The notes under the pieces: generated by a model
Seen by the model: the letters and a program-made list of their open reading frames with translations, nothing else
What the model was told of the DNA's origin: nothing
Database searches by the model: none
Translations under genes and position numbers: made by a program
Shown here: positions 13,948-25,630 of the stretch, piece after piece
Numbering within the stretch: position 1 is the stretch's first letter
How the letters are laid out: every line of letters begins with the position of its first letter
NCBI GenBank assembly: GCA_044892525.1
Contig: CM097887.1
Span: 33,790,001 to 33,854,000 of the forward strand
Direction: 5' to 3'
DNA length: 64,000 nt
Source of the DNA: Schmidtea polychroa
Taxonomy: Eukaryota

Positions 13948-15051
13948 CAGGCGCGTACGCAGGATGAATCCATTGGGGGTTTCAGAAAACATATTTTGTA
14001 TATGTATTTTTATTTTTTCTCGTAATAGCTAGCACTATTTACCAAATTATATTCAAATTATATTTCACTTTATTTCAATATAAAAACAATTACCTATAGG
14101 TATATTTTTCTCTCAACTTTTTTATAGAAAATTGTAAAGAAAACTAAATAAAAATTTATTATAAGATAAATTAATATAAAAGTTTTATTAGAAAAAAGTA
14201 ATATACTATATACATATTAAAAATTATATAAGAAAAATTAATAAAAAATTAATAAAAAACTGGGGATACAAATTTGTCGTCAGGATACCAAACGTTTTTC
14301 AGCAAAAATAATCTTTTTTCATCGTTGTATTGGTCTTTTCCAATAAAATTACTAATATCATTAATAATTACATTTGAATCTGATCCTGATGAAGACTCAC
14401 ATTCACATCCACTTACTGAAGCTGCAGCACTATCATTTTCACTAGGAACAGGAGCAACCTGATCAGCTGTTCTTTCTAAATCACTTGTTTTAGATTTTTT
14501 AACAAAATAATTTGTTAAAGTAGAATTTTTTAATTTTCTTTTCTCGTTATTCATCTTCACAAAATATTATTTAGAATTAACAAATTTTAAAATTAATATT
14601 AAACAGAAATTAGACTTTCTCAACAGAAAACAAATTTTAAAATGAACAGTAAGAACAAAAATTAGACTTTCAAGTTTAAGAGAAAACAAAAAACAAAGTA
14701 AATTGAACAATGCAACACTACTCGTGTGAATTTTTTTTAAAATATTTCGCCGAATTATTATTATTGGTCCTGCAATTATTATTATTGGTAATNNNNNNNN
14801 NNNNNNNNNNNNNNNNNNNNNNNNNNNNNNNNNNNNNNNNNNNNNNNNNNNNNNNNNNNNNNNNNNNNNNNNNNNNNNNNNNNNNNNNNNNNNNNNNNNN
14901 NNNNNNNNNNNNNNNNNNNNNNNNNNNNNNNNNTTAAATTGTTTAAAGTTTATATATTTATTAATTATAGTTTTTTATATTGTTGTTGGAATCATGGGGG
15001 GGGGGGGGGGGGGTAAACCCTCAGTAATCCCCCTTCCTGCGTACGCGTATC
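13948..15051 (-). mobile_element. hAT internal-deletion derivative
   Basis: 8-bp TSD ATTGATAA (13940-13947, 15052-15059). TIR CAGGCGCGTACGCAGG versus CCTGCGTACGCGTATC. ORF 14249-14560 (-) resembles a hAT transposase N-terminus (LTNYFVKK..NDIS..VWYPDDKF). Contains an N-gap. Confidence 0.85.
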
Positions 15052-17681
15052 ATTGATAATAATTAGAAAATTTATTTATTTTTAATTTAAGTGGACATTT
15101 GAAATTTATAACAAAGATTATTATTGTTTTATTAAAGCGAAATTTCTATAAAATATACCCTAATATTATTCAGTAACAATACTAATCCTCAAAAACGAAA
15201 TGCATTTTTATACTATATTAGTTTAATTAATTAATTAATAATTTATTAATTATTTTAATACATGATAAAAATTGTGTCAATAATCTAAGATTATTCTTAA
15301 TAATTTATTGATCTATTGTCAGCAAGCATTTTTTTGGAAATTCAACCTCATGAAAAATATAAATAAAATTAAAAAATACAAATAAAATAAAACTTGATTT
15401 TAAAATTTAACAGGGTGTCATTTTTTGTAATTTTCTGCAATTTTCACCTTAAAAATGCATAGTCTGATAACTCTTAATGCGTAATTTTAAGTCCGCGATC
15501 ACTGAATAAAGATGTCGGCTCCTTTTCTTCATAATTTTTATAATATTTGATGAAAATTTGTGAATGGATTTCGAACCCAATCATAATATTCTGTGTTCAG
15601 TGGAGGAAAGTAAAAATGCAGATATTTCTTTGTATTTTTCCAATTTTAAAACATTGTCTTGCTTTTTTACAAAGCATGGTTTAAGAATTTGGCACTAGAT
15701 GTTAACAACAACCATACAAAATATTCATTATGTTTTCTTGTTCCTATTTTATAAAAAATGTTTATTATATTAAATTAATATTTGTGACACATTTTAAAGG
15801 AATAACTCGATTGAATATAAATTTATTTATACAATTTAACTCTGAATTGGTTTTGAGAATCGATCTGTATTGCGAATATGCGTTGAAATTGGAAATAATC
15901 ATCTTTTATTTGGGATAATTTTGTATAGGCATGCAACTTTCTAATTCTAGATTATTTAAACAAATAACACTTCTCTTTTTATATCTGTTAAATTTTATAT
16001 AACTTAATATAAATAATTAATATAAAATTTAAAAAAATATTTTTATTAATTGTACAATATATAACCACCACAATATTGTTGAGTTTTTATTACTATTCTA
16101 TATGACAGATTTTATAATCAAACTCTTTGTGTTCTCTATCAGAAAAAGAAACTGAACACAACACGTTTTATTTGTAACACAAAATCACAATTGTTCCGAA
16201 TTTCACAGGCAAAATAAAAAAGTCCACTTGGTACTAAGGCAGGTGATCTTGAGGGAAACTGCCTCAATCTGGATAAATGTGACTTATGCTATTAAGTAAA
16301 TGTCTCCCTGAATGTCGTTTCTCTAATTTCCTCTTTTCGTTTAATTACTTTGATTACAACCATGCCTGAGAAGTTTGATGATTTTATTCATTAAATAAAT
16401 TGATCAGTTTAATCAATTAATTAATTTATTAGTTTATTTTTTCTTAAATATAATTGGCTAGGGACTCCAATCGATTGACATTTATTATATTCATATTCGG
16501 CTTTTCATTTGCTATTTGTCCATACCTTCTCTTTCCGAAAATTAAACATATTCAATTTTAATATATTTTTAATTAATTTTGCACTTTAATTATTTTTTTA
16601 ATTTTGTTATAATTAACTTTTTATGTGTTTTTTCATCTTAATTTTTTATTTGCATATTTTATAGTATAACCCTAAAAATAATAAAAAGAAAATTTAAAGG
16701 AGCTACAACATAAAAAAGTGAAAGAAATTAAAAAAAATTAAAAACGTTATATCAAGACCTTTATATTTAAAAATCACGATGGAATATTTCTATTAATTGA
16801 AGATTTTCAAATGTGAGCCAGTTGTAACAAAAAATTACTAAAATACGACTGAAATTCTCGAATTATTATTAAGTCATTATCAAGTCAGCTTTTATTTATT
16901 TTATTAACAAAAACTACTTTAGAAAAACAAAATAATATTTTATTTTAAAAAGTTCCGATAATAATTCAATAATTGAATTTTGTTGCCCTAAAAAAATATT
17001 TAATTTGAAAAGTACAATTTGAAAAAATATATTTCTTAATCGTGCATATTTTTTTGCATAAATATTTGTATTATATTCGGCATATTGGTGGATATTTGGT
17101 AATCTAACAGATATAAGACTGACCCGATGCTGTTGATGTAATTGTGTTATTTGCATTATAATAAATATTTTCAGCAGCCGGTTAATAAATAATATATCAA
17201 TGATAAACCCCCCGAGGTAAATCATTTAACAACAGTTATTATGAAATCATCAATTGGTTCTATTTTTGATAATCTCTACCAATTATATGCAATTATTTTA
17301 GAGAATATTTTCGGTAAAATAAATATTTAACAGAGAACATTGTTTCCTATTTCCATTTTTTTCTCTGTTATTATTTATATTTATCATTTTTTTGTGGCTG
17401 TGTGCGTCCTAAATGTTCCTCAACTGCCTCATTTTCCTCTATGAATCAATTATAAATATTTTTTCCCAACTTTTATTTACCAATAAAACCCTTTTATGAT
17501 TTCTTTTCGATACGGCTTAAAACTAATTAAAAAATAATTATAATCCAAGATTAATTAAAATGAAAAATAAATAGACGATTAGCGTTGTATTAAATTAAAA
17601 ATTGATTATAAATTTTATTTAATTATAAATTTTTTCATTTACTTTCATTGATTTTCTGACATTTATTTATTTTAATATTTA

Positions 17682-17768
17682 ATTTTTAATAAATAGTAGA
17701 TGAAAGAAAATTTATTAATTATTTTTAATAAATAGTAGATGAAAGAAAATTTATTAATTATTTTTAAT
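17682..17768. repeat. 39-bp tandem duplication
   Basis: ATTTTTAATAAATAGTAGATGAAAGAAAATTTATTAATT occurs twice, starting at 17682 and 17721. Confidence 0.85.
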
Positions 17769-20700
17769 TAGTCAGTAAAGAGATAAATTCATAATTAAAA
17801 GATTAAATTATCATTTATATAAAATTAATTTTTAAATTTTTTTTAAAAGAAATTAAATTAATTGATAATTATAGTAAGGGGATGTGAGCCATTCAGAACA
17901 AAGACCCCTCTAGACAAAAGAAATAATGATCCTATGAAAATAATTTTATATTTATAGAATCAGAAATATGATCTAAGACTTTTTTATGACCAACAGTTTT
18001 TTTTTGGAAAATTATTTCTTATAGTAAATTTTTCATAAATAATGACAAAATGTACCCTTAAATCGTTTTACAGAGAAAACTCTACATTTACTGTTTCAGT
18101 GACATGGAACAATGTTCTTAGAAATTGAAAAAGGTGAAGTTTGTATGTAATTAGGAGATGTGAACCATCTAGAATAAAGACACCTAGTCACCCCCTTCAT
18201 ATCTTAAGAAATAATAATCGTAAAAAAATAAGGATTATATAATTTTTTAACATAATTTTGACCAAAAAAAATATTTCCGGATCAAAAAATGTTGTTCACA
18301 ATTTTATTGTAAATATTTTTTAAAATTATGTTATCCACCAATAATCATTATTTATTTTTTTTTTAATGATAGCACTTTCAACATTTTGAAAATCTTTGGA
18401 TAAATGAATATTTAAAAATGTAAATGTTTGAGATAATTAAGAAATACTGTGAAATATTTTAAGTAAAGTATTAAATTAAAAATATAAATAACAGTAATAG
18501 TAAGATGCTTTCCTTTTAGAATATGTTTTATTTTATTTCTGGATAACGTTTTGTCGTTTTCAGCAATATAGAAAACANNNNNNNNNNNNNNNNNNNNNNN
18601 NNNNNNNNNNNNNNNNNNNNNNNNNNNNNNNNNNNNNNNNNNNNNNNNNNNNNNNNNNNNNNNNNNNNNNNNNNNNNNNNNNNNNNNNNNNNNNNNNNNN
18701 NNNNNNNNNNNNNNNNNNNNNNNNNNNNNNNNNNNNNNNNNNNNNNNNNNNNNNNNNNNNNNNNNNNNNNNCAAAGCTTGTGCTGTTTATATTATGTAAG
18801 ACATCCGACAAAATTATTTACACCATTACTTTATAAGTTAAAAATTCTAAAAGTAATCGGATCCACTTGTAAACAATTTCAGTGTATCGACTAATTTTTT
18901 AGTCCACAGAAATGATTATGATTTTTCTTACGCCATGTTTACAAGTTTACAGTCAGTTTCTAATATTTTATTAAAATATTTACCCCATTATATAAATATT
19001 GAGGATATCCATTAAATATTTAAAACATTAATAATATTTATGTGAAAATAATTATTTTTAAAAAGTGTTCTTATTTTTGTTTTATTTCTCTAATATCAAT
19101 AATAATATTATTGTAATCTAATGGAGAAAATATAATAATAAAATTTATTATTGGTTCAAGTAATAAAGCATATTTTTATAAAAAAAATATTGCATTAATT
19201 CGCTCATAAATATTCAATCTGTTGAAATATTTTCATTCGGAATTATTTCAGAAAATATTAATTGATTTTTCCCCTGAAATAATCATTAAATCAACAACCT
19301 TGATTTCCTCAAATAATATTAGAAACCTTTTTCTCTTTTGTTTTCGAAAAAAAGCAATGATTTTATCGATAAAAGAGAATTAAGTTAAATATGGAGTTTT
19401 GATCAATTAAATTAAATTAAATTAAACATGTTTTTTCAATTGACTGAATCAACTCATATTTTTCACAAACACCAATAGCAGATAAAAACACGTGTTAAAT
19501 TCATTGAAAATTTTTATTTCGCTTTTTCTATCTTTTTTTCTAAATAAGAAATTGGTAAATTTAATTTTAGTTTATTATTTTATTTATCTTATTAAAAAGA
19601 ATTATTTCATAATCGAAAATTTTTACATAATAAAATTTGCAAAGAAAGGATTATTTTNNNNNNNNNNNNNNNNNNNNNNNNNNNNNNNNNNNNNNNNNNN
19701 NNNNNNNNNNNNNNNNNNNNNNNNNNNNNNNNNNNNNNNNNNNNNNNNNNNNNNNNNNNNNNNNNNNNNNNNNNNNNNNNNNNNNNNNNNNNNNNNNNNN
19801 NNNNNNNNNNNNNNNNNNNNNNNNNNNNNNNNNNNNNNNNNNNNNNNNNNNNNNNNNNNNNNNNNNNNNNNNNNNNNNNNNNNNNNNNNNNNNGGAATGT
19901 CTGGACAAATCTGATAGGTTTTGGAGCCACCTTTTGTGAAATTCCAACATAGCTTTAGATCATCAAATATAGGCGGACAGAAAATATCCACTTAAATTAA
20001 AATTTATTTGATTATATCTTTGGATTATTGTTCAAATATATTTGTTGATAAAATTCATAAAATGTAAGCAGTATGAATCAAGCCAAATATCTCAGGATTT
20101 TCTTAAAATTCCGATTTCTCTGGGTTACAAATTTGTAAAAAATTTTAAAATGAAGTTTTCTTAATTTTTTGTTGAAATCAACTAAATATTTCATTAATTA
20201 AAAACTTAAAAATAAGTTCTTGACAAAATATCTTGAAAAGATTTTAATTTTTTCAATTTTAATTTTTTTGAGATCGGAGATACAAGTGTAATTGGATATG
20301 TGATTGCCCTGACTCTCGTCTCACGCTATGCTATGTAATCCCTAATTAATGAGCGGTAATGTATACATGTTTACATGATGAATGGTAAATGTCTGTTTAT
20401 TATTTATATATATTATCAGCTTTTCATTAATAGATTTTTCATGTAATTTAATTTTTCACTTATTCTGATTACAGAAAATATTTAGCAAAATTTGTTTCTT
20501 TTTTTACAAAGGTTTTTCTAGTTCCTTTGCAAGCATTTTATTTTATAAAGATTTCGGAAAGCAATTTTTAAGCATGTTACAAGATATTGAATAACCTTAA
20601 ATTACCAATAAACCCTTTGTTTGTTTTTAATTACCACGATGAGCTATTTAAATTTTTTAAGTAGTTTAATAGGCAACATGGTAACAAGGTCAAAATTAAA

Positions 20701-21287
20701 GATTCTAATTGAATAAGAAAGTCAAAGAGTATGAAAAACTAAATTCATTTTCAATCATTTCTAAATATTTTAAGAATAACAAAATCTTCAGCAAATGATG
20801 TTCGAATAAAGGGTTTCCCAGTGTGTCAATGGGTTCTGTCATCAACTCTCAATAAAAGAGTAACTTTATACTACTTTTTATTTATTAGCAAAGTCTTTTA
20901 TTTTACAGGGTCAGTTTTCATTCAGGTGGACAAATACAAATATAAAATTTCAAATTTATAATATAGATAAAAAGTGTAACCAATCTTACTTCTTTAGAGA
21001 TTTTATTATTAAATAACATGTATGATATTATTTGATAATATNNNNNNNNNNNNNNNNNNNNNNNNNNNNNNNNNNNNNNNNNNNNNNNNNNNNNNNNNNN
21101 NNNNNNNNNNNNNNNNNNNNNNNNNNNNNNNNNNNNNNNNNNNNNNNNNNNNNNNNNNNNNNNNNNNNNNNNNNNNNNNNNNNNNNNNNNNNNNNNNNNN
21201 NNNNNNNNNNNNNNNNNNNNNNNNNNNNNNNNNNNNNNNNNNNNNNNNNNNNNNNNNNNNNNNNNNNNNNNNNNNNNNNNNNNNNNA

Positions 21288-21478
21288 AGAAATTTTTAAA
21301 TTGAAAATTTTAAAAATTAAAGTTTAATTTTTAAAAAAACAAAATAAGAAGATATTTTAATTAAAATTTCTTTAAATAAGAAAGATTAAGGAAGATATAA
21401 TTTGATTTTGATATTTATTGAAATAAAATTTATGGAAACAAAAACTGATTTTAATGTTTTACAGGATGAACCTCCTAA
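21288..21478 (+). repeat. 5' LTR (start hidden in gap)
   Basis: Matches 25441-25630 except for a 16-nt indel and about one substitution. The end AACCTCCTA is a near reverse complement of the LTR start TGAGGAAGTT. Confidence 0.9.
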
Positions 21479-21480
21479 TA

Positions 21481-21493
21481 TGGTGGCAGCGGT
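21481..21493 (+). promoter_or_regulatory. Primer-binding site, tRNA-Leu type
   Basis: TGGTGGCAGCGGT lies 2 nt after the LTR and is complementary to the 3' end of eukaryotic tRNA-Leu(AAG/TAG) (..ACCGCUGCCACCA). Confidence 0.8.
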
Positions 21494-22451
21494 AAACACG
21501 GACGCAATCACCGAAAGATTGCTACCAAAGGTATTCTGCCAAGGGGATGATTTGGAAAAGTTCATTAAAAGATGCGAAATTTATTTCGACGCCAAGGGAA
21601 TCACGCAGAAGAAAGATCAGGAAAGATTAACATCTTGCATGATTGATGAGGATCTCCTGGAAGTGTACGCCAAAACACTGAAAAAAGCCGAAGGATTCCA
21701 GGCTAGGTTGCGATGTTTTAAAGGATCTACAAAACTTGTTGAATTACAAGCGGAAGGGTGAAGAAATAGAAACGTATTTTAAAAAGGTGGAGGACCTTGT
21801 TGATAGGTTGTTCGAAAATAAAGAATTTACCAAAGAGAAATTAACAGCAAGGATGTTAATAGTATGTGCGGAGAATAAAGAAGTTGAGAAAGAAGTGATA
21901 CTAAGGAAGATGAAAAGCACAGAAGAAATAAAGGAAACACTAACTCTGATGGACAAAGTAGACAAGCAAAGAGAGCAGATAAACAGTATGAAAAGTTACA
22001 CCAGAGTGGTCTATCAGGAACCACAGGGAAGAGTACAATACAAGAAGAAAGAACAGAGAGAAGAAAGTATCCGAAGAGAAATGCCAGAATGCTGGTTATG
22101 CCACAAAATAGGACACACGAAAATTGATTGTCCAATAAAAGGTAAAATAGAATGCTGGACATGTCATAGAAGCGGACATATAAGTAGAAACTGTCCAGAT
22201 AAAAAAGCTCCAAGATGTTTTGGGTGTGGAAAAGAAGGTCATGTAAGAAGATTGTGTCAGGAAATACGTTGTGAAAGATGTAGCAGAAATGGTCATAGAT
22301 CCGAGGAGTGTTATACAAAGATGAGGTACGGGAGAGCGACGGAGAGACAAAGATTCACGGGAAACAGATACAGTCGGATAAATGGTATCGAGGAAGAAGA
22401 AGAAAGGGAATCGTGTGTAGAGACAAATGAAGATAATTTTAGGAAGACGTA

Positions 22452-22494
22452 CCCAAACAACAGGGCTCCACCAGTAGAGGAGTTGGTTGGAGCC
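22452..22494 (+). promoter_or_regulatory. -1 ribosomal frameshift signal (gag-pol)
   Basis: Slippery heptamer C_CCA_AAC in the gag phase (22452-22458), a 5-nt spacer, then hairpin GGCTCCA-CCAG..TTGG-T-TGGAGCC (22464-22494). The -1 (pol) frame is open from 22443. Confidence 0.75.
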
Positions 22495-25408
22495 ATATTC
22501 TAACAGAAAATTTGATGGGATATCCTCAAGGGGCAGAAAAGTGGGAGAATGTTGGAAGGGTAAGCGAGAAAGTATACAGGTTCCTAAAGAGAGAAATGTT
22601 TGAAGAGGAAGTGGAAAGAATTGGAACCATTGAAACGGAGCAGGTTGTTGAAATTTTGTATAACAGAATGCAAGGAAGGCCTAGTATAACAGTAAGGATG
22701 AATGGGGAAAATTTCGACTGTTTATTAGACACTGGGGCAAGAATCGATGTAATGAGTGTGAACTGTTTCAACAAGCTACGAGGACAACAATTGACGAAAA
22801 GTGACGATAAGTTACGATGCGCAAACGAGAGTACGATCGAGACAATAGGAAAAACGAAGGTGCAAGTAACCATTGGAAATGTTTCGAAGGAAGTTATATT
22901 CATTGTGGCGGAGAAAGTGACACCAGGCGTGATTGGAGGAATCGAATTACAAGAAACATTTGGATTTAGACTGTTAAAAATTAAAGATATCGAGGCTAGT
23001 GAAAAAGACAAGAACTATATTTGTAACATTGAAGCAAAATTTGGCAGAAAATAAAGGATGAAGAACGATTGATACGAGCGTTGGAACAGTTAAAGATCAA
23101 TGAAGATAGCAAATTAAAGGAAATTATAACAAACAGTGGAAACGTGTTTATGGCAGATAAATGGGATGTGGGTCGCACACATTTGGTAAAACACAAGATA
23201 GTTACAAGAGGTGAGCCGATAAACATAAAACCATATCGCCAACCACTAAATTTGGAATCAAAGATTGAAGAAGCAATACAAAATTTGTACGAAAATGGAA
23301 TTATACGGAAATGTAACTCTCCATGGAATACACCGCTAATATGTGTATGGAAAAAAGAGAAAAAGGATATTAGACTATGCTTGGACTTTAGACAGCTGAA
23401 CGCGGTAACAGAGAGGCAGGCATTTCCAATGCCAAACATAGACGAGATGTTGAATTTGTTAGGAGGATCCGTCTTTTTCAGCTCAATCGATCTAGGTAAT
23501 GCATATTACCAAGTGGAACTAGAAGAAGAATCACAGGAGAAAACAGCTTTCTCAACAAAGAACGGACAATATTGTTTCAACAGAATGCCGTTTGGAATTG
23601 CAGCAGCACCAGGTACGTTCCAAGAAATGATGACAAAAGTATTAGGCAAAATAAAGGGAGCAATGGTGTATTTGGACGACATCTTGATTTATTCAAGCAG
23701 TAAAGAGAAACACTATACAATACTCGGAGAAGTGTTAAGGCGATTGAGGAAGCAGGCCTAAGGATTAATCCAGAAAAATGCCAAATAATAAAGGAAGAAA
23801 TCAGATTCTTAGGACACATAATCAGCAAGGAAGGAGTACAGACAGATCCATCTAAAATTCAGGCCATACAGAACTTTGGGAAGCCTAATTGCGTAAAGTA
23901 ACTCCGAAGCTTTTTAGGTATTTGCAATTATTATAGAAGATTCATCAGTGATTATGCAAAGAAGGCAAGGATGTTAGAACAATTATGTAGCGGACCAAGT
24001 AACAAAAAATTAGAATGGAGTGAAGGAACGAATAGCGTGTTTGAGGGATTGAAATTAGCACTCACGACGGCGCCAATCTTATGTTTTCCGGATCTGAAAA
24101 AGGAGTTCATTTTAGATACCGACGCTAGTTTCGATACCATTGGAGCAGTACTTTCACAAAGAGATAAAGATGGAAAGGAAAGAGTAATTGAGTATGGATC
24201 ACACTCGATGACGAGCCACGAGAAAGGATATTGTATTACAAGAAAGGAACTATTGGCAGTATATTATTTTTGCATTCATTTTAAGCACTATCTCTACGGA
24301 AGAAGATTCACGCTCAGGACAGACCACAAGGCAATCACGTTTATGATGACAACCAAGAAGCCGATTACTTCACAATTCCAAACATGGATCAATTATTTGA
24401 GCAGTTTAGATATAAGAGTAGAATACAGAAAGGGTATTAATCACCAAAATGCAGACATGGTGTCGAGAACTAAATGTGACACGTGTGTTCAATGTCAAAT
24501 GGCCCACGAAGAAGCTAAGAAAGGAAAGATAAAAACAAGATTACTAGACTCGATCAGAGAAGAGGGAAGAAGCAACATCCAACATGGAATTGTAGAAGAA
24601 GTACGAAAGAAAACGATGATACCTGAAAATGAGTTACAAGAAACAATAAAGGAAATACATAGACTATTGTGTCATGCTGGAGTCGAGAAGATAGCCGATT
24701 ATATGAAAGATAGATATGTTGGAAAACACCTGTGGAGTCAGATTCAGGAGATTGTTCGAAGTTGTGAGATTTGTATCAAAAAAAAAAGTATCAAATCTTG
24801 ACAGCGATAACAAAACAAGACGAAGAAACAATAAAGAAAACGATTTTAGAAAAGTGGATTTTAAGATTTGGATGCCCAAAGGAGATAAGAGTTGATTGCG
24901 GAAAGGCGTTTGAATCAGGAATGATGAGAGAATTCACAAAGATGCTAGATATTAAATTTTGTTTTTCGAATCCATACCATCACCAAACAAACGGTCAGAT
25001 AGAAAGACAATTCAGGAAAATACGGGATTTGAAAAATGCTACTTTACAGGATAGAAAGAAGACGGATTGGGCAGAGATATTACCAGAAGTCGAATTCACT
25101 TTAAATGCAACCAAACAAAAAACGACAGGGAAAAGCCCGGCAGAGATAGTTTTTGGAAAAAAGATTAGCAGGGAAAAATGGTACGGGTCCAAAGAAATAC
25201 CGATAAAGGAAGAACTAGAAGAACAAACAAGGAGAAAATTCAATGTAGGAGAAGAAGTATTAGTAAAAGTAGAAACACGTCACAAAGGCCAGGACAGGTA
25301 TGAAGGTCCGTACAAAGTGATAGAGAAAGTGCATGACAGACGATACATCTTAAGAAATGAAGATGGAAAAAGGATCGAAAGAAATGTGGAAAAACTTAAA
25401 AATTTCTT

Positions 25409-25419
25409 AAGAAGGGGGA
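25409..25419 (+). promoter_or_regulatory. Polypurine tract
   Basis: AAGAAGGGGGA lies 2 nt before the 3' LTR TG. Confidence 0.85.
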
Positions 25420-25421
25420 TA

Positions 25422-25630
25422 TGAGGAAGTTTTATGGTGAAGAAATTTTTAAATTGAAAATTTTAAAAATTAAAGTTTAATTTTTAAAAAAACAAAATAA
25501 GAAGATATTTTAATTAAAAATATCTTCGTAGAAAATTTGTTTAAATAAGAAAGATTAAGGAAGATATAATTTGATTTTGATATTTATTGAAATAAAATTT
25601 ATGGAAACAAAAACTGATTTTAATGTTTTA
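25422..25630 (+). repeat. 3' LTR (end hidden in gap; predicted length about 226 bp)
   Basis: Starts TG right after the PPT and is a direct repeat of the 5' LTR. The pol stop codon TGA is its first three bases. Confidence 0.9.

Larger units (their letters stand above)
21480..22503 (+). pseudogene. gag: gag with four CCHC zinc knuckles; one frameshift near 21715
   Basis: ORFs 21402-21761 and 21736-22503. Knuckles: CWLCHKIGHTKIDC, CWTCHRSGHISRNC, CFGCGKEGHVRRLC, CERCSRNGHRSEEC. Confidence 0.9.
22443..25424 (+). pseudogene. pol: pol (protease, RT, RNase H, integrase)
   Basis: Motifs: LLDTGA; MPFG and YLDD; TDAS..GAVLSQ and TDHKAI; H..LCH..CEIC; IRVDCG..NGQIER; GPY. Frameshifts near 23050, 23741 and 24785, a stop at 23899-23901, and the integrase segment with the first catalytic Asp deleted near 24785. 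Confidence 0.95.
21288..25630 (+). mobile_element. Ty3/Gypsy LTR retrotransposon, near full length, disabled
   Basis: Structure is LTR-PBS-gag-PR-RT-RH-IN-PPT-LTR, and the PR-RT-RH-IN order is diagnostic of Ty3/Gypsy. Both outer ends run into N-gaps, so the TSD is not visible. Confidence 0.97.

Noticed and set aside
21744-25243. Minus-strand ORFs over the Gypsy element
   Set aside because: They are antisense shadows of purine-rich gag-pol with no recognisable motifs.
25381-25424. Possible env gene or chromodomain after integrase
   Set aside because: Integrase ends at the PPT/LTR shortly after the GPY module, leaving no room for either.
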